Notes: generated from the letters alone by a model not told the origin. A DNA stretch of 64,000 bases from an uncultured Gammaproteobacteria bacterium (GCA_964650355.1 CAZYTL010000006.1:11019-75018), one strand, 5' to 3'; shown: positions 38,071 through 47,499, counted from the stretch's first letter. Program-made: numbers and translations.

Positions 38071-38132
38071 AAGTTAGTTACCTCAAAAATAAAAGATTAA
38101 ATAGTAAATATAAAAAGGAGAATTAAAAATAC

Positions 38133-38636
38133 TTAGTTATTACGAGGTAAACATGCCAACAAAGCGTCACTCTGGTTATTAATTAAAGTCAAAGTTGGAA
38201 CATCAGTTAAACCCTTTTTGGCCTCCCCTATTCTGCCATTTAAACCGGCAAGAAAGTTGGTTCGAATATTAGGGTCCTCTTGCTCTCTTAAAAATCCTGC
38301 AATTCCTGCAACAACCGCAATAAATTCATCGCCTCTAAAACCCTGCATGCCGGTAATTAAGGCAAATTCATTAGGTTCTTCCTCGGATCTAAGCATTTCA
38401 GTATATTGCATAATTAGTTCGGGAACGTGGGTACCTGAGGTACTTAATCGGACAATTTGTTCTGCTAGAAGTCGCCTCTGTCCTGGGTCAGGAAACGTCG
38501 CCCTTGTTTCTAATAACATTGCACTGGCGATTGAAGGATTAATTCCCTCTACAGTGGTTGTTAGAAATTTTTGAACGTGGTCATGACCTCCTACTGGGCC
38601 ATCAAATCTAGTTGAAGGTTGGAGTTGTTCTGACAT
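38133..38636 (-). CDS. Hypothetical helical protein between a CIRCE promoter and dnaK
   Basis: 167-aa ATG ORF co-oriented with dnaK. Confidence 0.7.
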   Translation of the reverse strand: MSEQLQPSTRFDGPVGGHDHVQKFLTTTVEGINPSIASAMLLETRATFPDPGQRRLLAEQIVRLSTSGTHVPELIMQYTEMLRSEEEPNEFALITGMQGFRGDEFIAVVAGIAGFLREQEDPNIRTNFLAGLNGRIGEAKKGLTDVPTLTLINNQSDALLACLPRNN

Positions 38637-38661
38637 ACAGCAGTTATTTTGAGTGTTTTAT

Positions 38662-38698
38662 TTAGCAGTAATGTAACATGAGTGCTAAGGGGTGTCAA
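38662..38698 (-). promoter_or_regulatory. CIRCE element within a sigma70 promoter
   Basis: Minus strand TTGACA-17-TACATT; TTAGCACTC-N9-TACTGCTAA at 38662-38688. Confidence 0.85.
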
Positions 38699-38798
38699 GA
38701 ATAAATTAGTTTCTAGTTTCAAGTTGCTAGTTTCGAGTGATTATAATGATGTTAGACTTCACGTTTTGTTGCTTTTATGTTTATGTGTTTTCTTGAGT

Positions 38799-39284
38799 TT
38801 ATGTTTCTATATTCTTTGGTTCTTCAGTTGCCTTATATACTTTGACTTTGGCGTGACGGATCACATAGCCGTCAGTATATTTATAGCCGATTTGGGTGAC
38901 TGTGGCAATTTGGTTTTGTTGATCCGCGGATCCTTCTAGGACTTCGATGCATTCGTGTTCGGCTTCGTTAAACTGGGAACCTATTTCGGGATTGATCTCC
39001 TCAATGCCTTCGTCAGTTAAGAGTTGCTGGAATTGTTTGATGATCATGTCCAAGCCTTGATCCTGCAAGTGGCTTTGGGCTGACTGGAGGTGATCGAGTA
39101 GGGGAAGGATTTGGGAGATGAGCTGGGTGTTGGCGTATTTAAGGTATTCCTGGCGTTCTTTTTGAGTTTGTTTAATCAGGTTTTGGTAATCGGCCAAGGC
39201 GCGTTTGTATTTGTCGTCAAGTTCCTCGAGGCGAGGCTGGAGATCCTGGGTCTGGTCCTGTTTGGTAGGTTTTTTCTTTACCAT
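38799..39284 (-). CDS. grpE: Nucleotide exchange factor GrpE
   Basis: RALADYQNL, ILPLLDHL, FNEAEHEC, GY...VIRHAKV. Confidence 0.96.
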   Translation of the reverse strand: MVKKKPTKQDQTQDLQPRLEELDDKYKRALADYQNLIKQTQKERQEYLKYANTQLISQILPLLDHLQSAQSHLQDQGLDMIIKQFQQLLTDEGIEEINPEIGSQFNEAEHECIEVLEGSADQQNQIATVTQIGYKYTDGYVIRHAKVKVYKATEEPKNIET

Positions 39285-40006
39285 GATCGGGCGATTTCGT
39301 TTATCAGGTCGCTGAAGTAGCGGAGGCGGGGAATGGCGTAAGGAAAGTTAAGTCTGGCTGGTCCGATGAGGCCAATTTTTCCATAGAGATCAGGATTGAC
39401 TTGAAAATCGGCATAGACGTAACTGACGGGCTCCAAATAAGGATCGTTAAGTTCTTCGCCAAAGAGAATATGGATGGGGCCTTGGCTGGCTGAACGGGAG
39501 AAGAGTTTCATGAGTTGTTCTGTTTGGTCAAGCATGGCCAGCACGTGACGGGTAACGTCAATGTCATAAAATTCGGGCATGTTAAGGAGATGGGCGTAGC
39601 CGGCAGAGTACACCTGGCCCTGATTAGTACAAGCCACAGCCACGGTTTGGGCTTGGTTAGCCAAGGCTAAAGTGGCTTGTTGAAGCAGCCGGTCAATATC
39701 GTGTCGATAATCCCAAACTTTTTCTTTGGTGGAAACTTCTTCGGATACGGAAAGGGGCTTTTCCTGCATGAGTTCGTTAACGTAGAGTTTGAGGGCGACA
39801 GCGCTGGGCACCCGACCGGCTGAGGTATGCGGTTGTTTAAGGTAGCCAAGTTGGGTTAAAGAGCTCATTTCGTTGCGAATAGTAGCGGGGGAGACGCCAA
39901 TGTTGTATTTGCGTTCAATGGTTTCTGAGCCCACGGCTTCAGCGGTGTCAATGAATTCTTCAATGATGGCTTTGAGGATTTGGAGTTGGCGGGGAGTGAG
40001 GTTCAT
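39278..40006 (-). CDS. hrcA: Heat-inducible repressor HrcA, short form
   Basis: LTPRQ.QILKAIIEEFI..AEAVGS, SPATIRNEM, QPHTSAGRVP, IGPARLNF. Confidence 0.95.
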   Translation of the reverse strand: MNLTPRQLQILKAIIEEFIDTAEAVGSETIERKYNIGVSPATIRNEMSSLTQLGYLKQPHTSAGRVPSAVALKLYVNELMQEKPLSVSEEVSTKEKVWDYRHDIDRLLQQATLALANQAQTVAVACTNQGQVYSAGYAHLLNMPEFYDIDVTRHVLAMLDQTEQLMKLFSRSASQGPIHILFGEELNDPYLEPVSYVYADFQVNPDLYGKIGLIGPARLNFPYAIPRLRYFSDLINEIARSW

Positions 40007-40076
40007 AACACGTAGCATGTAACACGTAGCACGTAACAATTTGTTCCAGGTTACGTGTTAGGTGTTACTTGACTCT

Positions 40077-40114
40077 TTGGCACTAATTTACCACGAGTGC
40101 TAGGGGAATGTCAA
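40077..40114 (-). promoter_or_regulatory. CIRCE element and promoter of hrcA
   Basis: CTAGCACTC-N9-TAGTGCCAA (40077-40103); TTGACA at 40109-40114 on the minus strand. Confidence 0.85.
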
Positions 40115-40186
40115 TTGGTCTGGAGTAGATAGACGAAACAGATATTTACCTGATTAACGGATTTTTTTGCGTGTTATGATGCATTT

Positions 40187-40504
40187 ATGGACGGATCTGG
40201 TTCAGTGATAGTGAATTTATTATTAGGGATTATTTCAGGATTTCTGGGAGTGCAGTTTTTTTATTATGGAGTAAAGGCGGTAAGAAGGAAGGAGTTTATT
40301 TTCTTTCCTTTTTATGTTCTTTTTGGTGCGTATCATTTTTATGATGACACTTTGTTTAAGAAGGGATATCCTACTGTGAAAGGATGGTGGGGGGTGGTAA
40401 TTGGATCTTTCGTGGTTCTAGTATCAGTACCGCTGATCTGGTTTGCCTGGCAGTTTTTAAATGAAGCGGGAGTAGGAATTTTAAAAGATCTTAATCGTCC
40501 TTAA
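40187..40504 (+). CDS. Small membrane protein
   Basis: Two to three TMs; TATGAT 6 nt before the ATG. Confidence 0.7.
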   Translation: MDGSGSVIVNLLLGIISGFLGVQFFYYGVKAVRRKEFIFFPFYVLFGAYHFYDDTLFKKGYPTVKGWWGVVIGSFVVLVSVPLIWFAWQFLNEAGVGILKDLNRP

Positions 40505-41869
40505 TTAGAATAGCTGTTTGCGGTCGAAGATGAGGTTTTTTAGGGTGCCGGGAAGATTCAGCAGGTGGGGAGCAAGGTGTTGTTTTCTGATTAGGTAGGT
40601 GAGGGAGAAGACGAGCACAAAGCTTTCGGTGACGATGGTAATGGTAGCGGAGGCGTAGTAGGAGTATACAGGGATGAACAGGTAGTTCAGGATTAAGTTG
40701 AGGACTAAGGCGGCTGAAGCAATAGCTAGGGAAATGCGTTGCAGACCCAGGGCGGCCAGGGTATAGCCGGTAAGATGATTAAGGTAGGAGACCAGGGTGG
40801 CCAGCATGAGGATGCGGATGAGCACCGCAGAGACCAGGAATTGCTGGCCTCCAAGGAGGAGGACAATGGGTTGGGCCAGTAAAGCAAAGATGACGGCGAC
40901 CAAGGTACCGGCGACCAGGAGGAGATGAAATCCGGTGGTAAAGAATTTTTTGGTTTGGACAGAGCCTTGTCCGGAGCGGGAGATGAGGGGATAGAGGGTG
41001 TTCATAAAGAAGGCAGCGCCCATCACCAGGTTGTCGTGAACTTTGTAAGCCAGGCCATAGAGGCCAACGGCCTGATCGCCCTGGAAATGCTGGAGCAGGA
41101 AGGTGTCTAAGCGGTTGTAGATGCTGAACACCACCAGCAAAGCGCCCATGGGAGCGGCTTCGCGGATGAGGTATTTAAGAAGCGCGGTTGAGAGTTGGTA
41201 GTTGATGGTTGTGAGTTGGTAGCCGAAATATAGGCCAATTAACCCGGCGAGGCCGCTGGCGATGAGCAAATACATAACTACTGACTGGGGGGTAATGGCG
41301 GATTGGGTAACAGCCAGGAAGGTTAAGGAGAGAAAAAGGATGCTGGTAATGACTTCGACCAGGGCACCGTATTGAAATTTGAGATGAACCTGAAAGATGA
41401 CTTGCATGGTATTGCGCAAGGCCAGGGAAAAGAGGACCAGGCTGCCAAGCAGGAAGAGAGGAACAGGCAGGTCCACTATCCGAAAGTACCCGATGAAGAT
41501 CATTAAGAGGGCGCCGACGGTAGTAGCAATGAGGCGAAGAATTAACAGGTTGCCATAGACTTGAGGTGGGGAAAATTGCGGTGTTTCCTTTGTCGAGGCT
41601 TGGGAAGATAAATCCGCTTTCCCCGGTGGGGCGCTGGTTTGCGGAGAACTGAATTGCGATGCCAGGCGGGTGGCAATGAAACCGGTGCCCCAGTCAGTGA
41701 CGGAGCCAAAGAAGATGATCACGGTAGTGATCAGGGTATACTGACCATAGCCGGCCTGACCGAGATGGCGGGTAAGCAAGGCCGTGGTAATCAGGCTGAG
41801 AAGGATGGAAACAGCCTTGCCGGCGGCTTGGTAAAAGGTATTGGCGGTAACGGTGCGGAAAAGGGACAC
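40505..41869 (-). CDS. Flippase (Wzx/MOP polysaccharide biosynthesis family)
   Basis: LTRHLGQAGYGQY, YNRLDTFLL, AVGLYGLAYK, LNYLFIP.Y. Confidence 0.92.
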   Translation of the reverse strand: MSLFRTVTANTFYQAAGKAVSILLSLITTALLTRHLGQAGYGQYTLITTVIIFFGSVTDWGTGFIATRLASQFSSPQTSAPPGKADLSSQASTKETPQFSPPQVYGNLLILRLIATTVGALLMIFIGYFRIVDLPVPLFLLGSLVLFSLALRNTMQVIFQVHLKFQYGALVEVITSILFLSLTFLAVTQSAITPQSVVMYLLIASGLAGLIGLYFGYQLTTINYQLSTALLKYLIREAAPMGALLVVFSIYNRLDTFLLQHFQGDQAVGLYGLAYKVHDNLVMGAAFFMNTLYPLISRSGQGSVQTKKFFTTGFHLLLVAGTLVAVIFALLAQPIVLLLGGQQFLVSAVLIRILMLATLVSYLNHLTGYTLAALGLQRISLAIASAALVLNLILNYLFIPVYSYYASATITIVTESFVLVFSLTYLIRKQHLAPHLLNLPGTLKNLIFDRKQLF

Positions 41870-41955
41870 GGGAATAAGTTGATATTAGAAATACGGATAT
41901 ACATCGAGTTTAGCACTTAAAGGAAGAGGAGATGGGGAGCAACGGGGTTTCAAAT

Positions 41956-43404
41956 TTATATCTCAGTAGAATTGTTAAGCTGAGGAGGCGAATAACCTGG
42001 GAGTTGGTCCTGAAAATCTTCGGGAGAGAATTGGTCCATACTCGGGGAAGGAGCGATCGAAGGATAGTATTGGAAGAACGGATCAGATTCTTTACATTGA
42101 GATTGTTGGTTTTCATCCTGATAACAAAGCCGGTAATTCTGGCCGTCATCAAGCACCTGATACTCATATGGCTGGGAGGTAGTGGGATCAACGGGGATTT
42201 GAATCAGTTCTCCTTCTTCGATCAGTTGGTCTAAGGTAGCAGGAAATTCGCCGTAGGTGGCCCAATATCGTTCCAGTGCGGATTGGATTTCCATTTGGGA
42301 ACTGCGACGGGAGGCGTCACGAGCCCTCTGCATCTGCTTTACTGGGTTGATAGCGACTAAGATGATGGCGGCGGGGACGGCCAACATGGCTAAAATGCCC
42401 CATAAACTGATGAGGATAAATGCCAGTTTGGACTTACCTGAAGGAGTGAATTCCTGGCCGGATTTAAGGGATTTGAGTTGACGGTACATTATGAATTGAT
42501 AGATTAGTAAGATAGGGCCAATAACAAATCCGCTGAGAGTCATTAAGAGATCGATGACGATTTTCAGGGCGCCCAGATCCACCCGTTCTAAAACTAAGGA
42601 GAGGGGAACATAGATAAGGAAGTAAAGGATCATTACCGCTAGAATTCTGAAAAACACGCCCCACCAATGCCCCTGGACGTAAAATTTACTTTTGAGTAAG
42701 GCAGTGAGGCCGCCCTGGTCCTCAGTGACGAGAATCCAAAAGGCAAAGTAGAACCAGATCATGAAGATCAATCCCGGAAGGGCAAAGAGCATGAGCCCGC
42801 CCATGAGAATCAACATAAATAAGATGGCCATCCACCAATAGGCAAGGATTTTGTGCCAAGCCCGGCCGTAGGAGGCTTTGACTCCCAGACGCTCTTGATG
42901 GTTGGCAACCGCATAAAACATGGCCAGGGCGGACCAGGTGTAAATATAAATGATGGCAAGGAATAAGAGGAAGAAGCTGACTCCGATCAAAATCCAGAAT
43001 GAAGTGGGTAGTTGAGGAAGACTGGTTGGGGACAGCATGGGAGACAAACCACCTTGCTTAAGGGCAAAGGAGGAAAGAGACACTCCTACCCATAAGAGGA
43101 AGGCTACGAAGGTAACGGCCCCGACAATCATGCCCACCACATAGGGAATCAGGGTGATGACGATCAGAGTGAGCCAACGGGAAACAAAGATGGCGATTGA
43201 TTGTTGTAAGAGGTCGAGGGGGCCGGAAAGGGAAGTGACGGGAGGGTCCGGATCTGGAGAAGAAGGATCACTCGAAGGTGAGAAGGCTTGATCAACATCA
43301 CTTGGCTGCCAGCCGATTTGAAGAAGTTGTTGACGGATAAAATCATCGGTTTGACCGAGTTGGCGTTGCTGCTGAATGTAGCTGGTCAGGTCGGAATTGG
43401 CCAT
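41956..43404 (-). CDS. Multi-TM protein fused to a C-terminal pilin/GspG-like domain
   Basis: YIQQQRQLGQ...LLQIGW N-motif; ~6 TMs; IILVAINPVKQMQRARDASRRS...LERY..TYGEFP...PVDP..Y.Y. Confidence 0.8.
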   Translation of the reverse strand: MANSDLTSYIQQQRQLGQTDDFIRQQLLQIGWQPSDVDQAFSPSSDPSSPDPDPPVTSLSGPLDLLQQSIAIFVSRWLTLIVITLIPYVVGMIVGAVTFVAFLLWVGVSLSSFALKQGGLSPMLSPTSLPQLPTSFWILIGVSFFLLFLAIIYIYTWSALAMFYAVANHQERLGVKASYGRAWHKILAYWWMAILFMLILMGGLMLFALPGLIFMIWFYFAFWILVTEDQGGLTALLKSKFYVQGHWWGVFFRILAVMILYFLIYVPLSLVLERVDLGALKIVIDLLMTLSGFVIGPILLIYQFIMYRQLKSLKSGQEFTPSGKSKLAFILISLWGILAMLAVPAAIILVAINPVKQMQRARDASRRSSQMEIQSALERYWATYGEFPATLDQLIEEGELIQIPVDPTTSQPYEYQVLDDGQNYRLCYQDENQQSQCKESDPFFQYYPSIAPSPSMDQFSPEDFQDQLPGYSPPQLNNSTEI

Positions 43405-43589
43405 GATTGTTACGGGCTACGAGAATTATGCGCTTATATCCAGTGTAGACTAAATGAGAGGAATTTGACAAGCAGATGAGAAATGAATTTAGCTATTAGC
43501 TTTTGGCTTTTAGCTGTTAGAGAAAATATAAATTTGTCAGGTGATTTTGCAATTATTAAAGAGTTGGTTTAGAGTGATATCTTAGGCTT

Positions 43590-44597
43590 ATGGCAAAGAA
43601 GTTGGTATTGGTGACTGGTTCCTCTGGATTTATTGGCACTAATTTAGTGGGTCGGTTGTTGAAGGAAGGAGATGCGGTGCTGGGGATGGATAATTTTTGC
43701 ACCTCGGAGAGATGGAAGGCGGATTTATATTCTGCAAAGCAGAACTATGAGTTTCTGGAGCAGGATATTGTTGAAGATGTTAAACCGGCGTTAAAGACGT
43801 CTAAATTGTTAAAGAAGTATAAAAAGATTGATGAGATTTACAATTTTGCCTGTCCGGCTTCGCCGCCGCGGTATATGAAGTTGCGGATTGAAACTCTGCG
43901 CGCCTGCACTGAAGGGTTAAGGCAGATGTTGGATTTGGCCCAGAAATATAAGGCGAAGATTTTGCAGGCATCGACTTCGGAAATTTACGGAGAGCCTTTG
44001 GAACACCCGCAAAAGGAAAGTTATTGGGGGAATGTGAATCCGATAGGGAACCGATCTTCTTATGACGAAAGCAAACGGTTAGGGGAAACCCTATGCTACG
44101 AATACCGGAGTTTACACGGGGTGGATACCAAGATTGTACGGATTTTTAATGCTTACGGGCCGTACATGGAGAAAGATGACGGGCGGGTGATCAGTAATTT
44201 TGTGATGCAAGCGTTGGAGGACAAGGATTTAACGATTAACGGTGACGGGCAGCAAACCAGATCGTTTCAATATATCGATGATTTAGTGGAGGGGTTGTTA
44301 AAACTGATGGCCACGGAAAAAGGATTTATGGGTCCGGTGAATATCGGCAATCCGGAAGAGTTTACGATTCTGGAGTTGGCCAAGTTGGTGAGGAAGATAA
44401 TGAAGTCAAAGAGTAAGCTGACTTATCTGCCCTTGGATGCCGGGGATCCCACGCGGAGAAAACCGGATATCAGTCTGGCCAAGAAGAAGTTGCATTGGCA
44501 ACCCCAGGTGAAGTTGGAGGAAGGGCTGGAAAAGACGGTTGAGTATTTTGAGAAGATATTGGAGAATAAGCAAGTTAAGATTAATAGAAGGAGGTGA
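43590..44597 (+). CDS. UDP-glucuronate decarboxylase (UXS-like SDR)
   Basis: VTGSSGFIG, ACPASP, ASTSEIYG, YDESKR, RSFQYIDDL, NIGNP.E, DPTRRKPDI. Confidence 0.93.
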   Translation: MAKKLVLVTGSSGFIGTNLVGRLLKEGDAVLGMDNFCTSERWKADLYSAKQNYEFLEQDIVEDVKPALKTSKLLKKYKKIDEIYNFACPASPPRYMKLRIETLRACTEGLRQMLDLAQKYKAKILQASTSEIYGEPLEHPQKESYWGNVNPIGNRSSYDESKRLGETLCYEYRSLHGVDTKIVRIFNAYGPYMEKDDGRVISNFVMQALEDKDLTINGDGQQTRSFQYIDDLVEGLLKLMATEKGFMGPVNIGNPEEFTILELAKLVRKIMKSKSKLTYLPLDAGDPTRRKPDISLAKKKLHWQPQVKLEEGLEKTVEYFEKILENKQVKINRRR

Positions 44598-44602
44598 TAA
44601 AT

Positions 44603-44800
44603 GTGTCAGAAACTACAGAAGGAATGACTTCCGGTTCCTTGGAAGGAAGCCAACCGGGCGCCCAAGATCGAGGACCGTTCGGATCGGTGAACCAAGAAAT
44701 GGGACAATTTCAACCAGGAAAATCTACAGAGACCGAAGATACTACCACGACAAGATCAACAGGTGCCGGGGGGAGGAAAGAGACTGGACAGACCGACTAA
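44603..44800 (+). CDS. Putative graspetide (ATP-grasp RiPP) precursor peptide, 65 aa
   Basis: AGGAGGTG SD 6 nt before GTG; leader with PFG; Thr/Ser/Lys/Glu/Asp-rich C-terminus STETEDTTTTRSTGAGGRKETGQTD; directly upstream of the ligase. Confidence 0.75.
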   Translation: MSETTEGMTSGSLEGSQPGAQDRGPFGSVNQEMGQFQPGKSTETEDTTTTRSTGAGGRKETGQTD

Positions 44801-44909
44801 CCGTTAAGAATAATCAAAGAGATAAAAACCTATTCGTTATTGAAGAGAGGGATAATTGTAGTGCGTCAGATAGACTTTTATGTTTATGTTAAGACAAAAG
44901 AGTTTTTGA

Positions 44910-45908
44910 ATGGGCAAGAGAAGCAGCAAGGTATTCATCGTCACCAATGAAGATGACCCTCACGTTGACTCGTTAACCCCTCAATTGCAAGCACTGGGTG
45001 CGGAAGTTTTTAGATTTGATACTGAATACTTCCCCACAAAGATAAAGATCAATTTGCAATATACGAGTGGAGACTTGAACGGGGTAATAGAGTGGCCTAC
45101 TGCGAGAGCTAACTTATTTGAGTTTACGAGTGTTTGGTATAGAAGGCCTGTTCGAGGAAAAATATCTAATGAGATTACTAACCCCATTTACAAAAAATTA
45201 GCTAATTCAGAGACAGAGCAATTCTTGTTGCAATTATGGAACGTGATGTTTGAAAAAGGAGTTTTTTTTGTCAGTCCTTGGCAATCCTTGGAAATTGGCG
45301 AAAGGAAACTAGGGCAATTGAAGGTGGCCTCAAAACTGGGAATGCGCACTCCTCAAACACTAGTCACTAACAATATTGATGAGGCAAAAGGATTTTGTAA
45401 ATTTTTAAATAATGATGTGGTGGTTAAGCACATTAGATCCACTTCTTTTATTGATAGCGGACGCAGGCGTCTTTGGTTGGCCACCAAGCATTTGTCTGCT
45501 CAACATTTAAAAAATGTTAGCTATATAAAATACGCCCCTTCCTTTTTGCAAGAGAATATTCACAAAAAATATGATATTAGAGTGACGGTGATTGGTAAAA
45601 AGGTATTTGCGGTTAAAATTGACAGCCAACAATATGAGGACACTAAAATCGATTGGAGGTTTGCAGAACACTCAGAAAGTTTAAAATATGAAGTGATTAA
45701 GTTGCCACAGAGGGTGACAAATTTTTGTTTACAACTAGTCGAGTATTATAAGCTGGCGTTTGGAGCCATTGATTTGGCATTATCTGAAAATGATGAGTAT
45801 GTATTTTTTGAAATAAACCCTAATGGACAATTTCTTTGGCTTGATGATAAAACTGATTTGCAATTGGGAAAAGAGATGGCAAAATTTCTAATACGTGGCA
45901 AAATGTAA
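44910..45908 (+). CDS. ATP-grasp RiPP maturase (MvdC/MvdD-like graspetide synthetase)
   Basis: VT...DPH.D, FRFDT..FP, VWYRRP, K..QL..A..LG..TP.TLVTN, QE.I.K..DIRVTVIG, IDWR, FGAID, FFEINPNGQFLWL. Confidence 0.9.
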   Translation: MGKRSSKVFIVTNEDDPHVDSLTPQLQALGAEVFRFDTEYFPTKIKINLQYTSGDLNGVIEWPTARANLFEFTSVWYRRPVRGKISNEITNPIYKKLANSETEQFLLQLWNVMFEKGVFFVSPWQSLEIGERKLGQLKVASKLGMRTPQTLVTNNIDEAKGFCKFLNNDVVVKHIRSTSFIDSGRRRLWLATKHLSAQHLKNVSYIKYAPSFLQENIHKKYDIRVTVIGKKVFAVKIDSQQYEDTKIDWRFAEHSESLKYEVIKLPQRVTNFCLQLVEYYKLAFGAIDLALSENDEYVFFEINPNGQFLWLDDKTDLQLGKEMAKFLIRGKM

Positions 45909-45910
45909 CT

Positions 45911-47002
45911 ATGTCTGAAAATAACCCATCTACTACTGCAGAGATGCGCTTGCAAATTCCTCTGAAAGGAAAACTGGCTAAGACGGCACAGGATGCTGAG
46001 TCGCCGATTCACTTTGTAGGCAAGAGGCTGGCAGAGAAAGTGGGGGCAAAATTCAGTTTCACAAGTGAAAAAGGAGGCGAAAAAATGAAAATGGGTTCTT
46101 TTTTTGCGGAAATGCTCGAATATGATGGAAAAGAGCAAGTGCCGGAGAGTGACGCCCCGCCGGAAGAATGGAACACCTTTATGAATACATACTTTCAGGA
46201 GTTGGCCGAAAATCCAGACACAGTTAGATTATTCCGCGCTGAAAGATATGGAGAGGGAAAAGTTCCCCGGTTATTGGAAATGCATTTGCCGCCGATGCCA
46301 AAAACTAAAGAGGGCTACCGAGATTTCCTGAGGTCCAGGCATCTATTGGCTGGATTACTAGCCGCGTATCAGCAGGAAATTGTGATGATGGTAGGAGTTA
46401 CCAGAATTATGGATGAATCTGTAATAAAACCTGACCATGAAAGAAGGTTGGGCTTTAATTTCAGTAAAATTGAATTAGACAAACTCGATACCAAACATAG
46501 ATTAGCACAACGAATGATAGCGAAATCACCTAACTTGCCACATAAAGATTTACCAATAAAGGGTATTTATATGCCGACGAAAGAATTTTTAGAAAGGGAT
46601 GAGGTGAGTCTGGCGACAGACGAAGAAGGCTGGTTTTTGCAAGCGGGTCCGGTGAAATTTAATTTTTATAAAGCAGGTGAACTAGACATGGAACGTTTAA
46701 GTGCTGATGAGCCGTCCGATAATGTGGACGAAATTGAGGTGGAAATGCCTGGAAATATTAATGAAATAAGTGCAAAAGATAGAGAAAGAGCAAAGTATGT
46801 ACTGGCTGGGTTTTTAAGAAATTTATTACTAGTAGGGACGGTTTCAATGGTCGTAGACGCTGAGAATCCTGACCAAATCCAATTGGCAAAGGATTTGGGG
46901 ATGAAGAGGGGACGGCGTGAAGGGGAAGGTAAAATCAGACTACAGACTACGAGGGCCCTTTTGGAAGAGGAGTGTTATGTACCAACGGGAGAATTCAAGT
47001 AA
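45911..47002 (+). CDS. Hypothetical protein with an internal duplication
   Basis: Starts 2 nt after the ligase stop; two similar blocks (HLLAGLL...LGF; YVLAGFL...LGM). Confidence 0.75.
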   Translation: MSENNPSTTAEMRLQIPLKGKLAKTAQDAESPIHFVGKRLAEKVGAKFSFTSEKGGEKMKMGSFFAEMLEYDGKEQVPESDAPPEEWNTFMNTYFQELAENPDTVRLFRAERYGEGKVPRLLEMHLPPMPKTKEGYRDFLRSRHLLAGLLAAYQQEIVMMVGVTRIMDESVIKPDHERRLGFNFSKIELDKLDTKHRLAQRMIAKSPNLPHKDLPIKGIYMPTKEFLERDEVSLATDEEGWFLQAGPVKFNFYKAGELDMERLSADEPSDNVDEIEVEMPGNINEISAKDRERAKYVLAGFLRNLLLVGTVSMVVDAENPDQIQLAKDLGMKRGRREGEGKIRLQTTRALLEEECYVPTGEFK

Positions 47003-47157
47003 TTAAAGTGGAGTGGTTTATTCGCGGGATAAAGGTGGGAATGGGTGTTAGGGAGAGAGTGAAGATAACTAAACCAGAAATAAGAAGCACACTTAATTTT
47101 TGTATATTTAACCCAAGTTCGCTTTCTAAGCGTACAGGGACTTTAGATTCTTTAACT

Positions 47158-47319
47158 TTAGGAGCTACTCCTAAGAGGGTTATCTCTTCTTTGTTTTTTC
47201 CCTTCCTTGCCACGCTCCTCCTGTCTTTTTTGATGTTGTTGATCGATTGTTCTCCTAGCTGCTCCTCTGGGTCGAAAGGGGTCAAATTGTCTATTAAATC
47301 CTGACATATCTTCACGCAT
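47158..47319 (-). CDS. Small basic 53-aa protein absent from the ORF track
   Basis: AAAGGAGGTG SD then ATG; MREDMSGFNRQFDPFRPRGAARRTIDQQHQKRQEERGKEGKKQRRDNPLRSSS. Confidence 0.55.
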   Translation of the reverse strand: MREDMSGFNRQFDPFRPRGAARRTIDQQHQKRQEERGKEGKKQRRDNPLRSSS

Positions 47320-47499
47320 TGACCATCACCTCCTTTCTAGTAATGATTATATTACGTGAGTTTGAGACTAATGGCAAATTGAGTCGAAAGAATGGGAGAA
47401 GAGAGTTGTTAAAGGAATATTCAGTTGGGTGATGGGAATGAGGTATTGAAGTGATTGACGAAGGATTCTATGTGGTGGATTGGGGCAGTTCTATTTGAC

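Noticed and set aside
36087-38077. Many alternative-frame and antisense ORFs over dnaK
   Set aside because: Expected artefact of strong codon bias in dnaK
40007-40039. N-terminal extension of HrcA (MLRATCYMLRV)
   Set aside because: It is the translation of a heptamer repeat array; the conserved start is at 40006
44910-45908. Housekeeping RimK/LysX ligase
   Set aside because: WYRRP, DWR and NPNGQF motifs plus the adjacent Thr/Asp-rich peptide fit graspetide synthetases better
46995-47315. 106-aa GTG ORF
   Set aside because: The SD spacing fits the ATG at 47319 in another frame better
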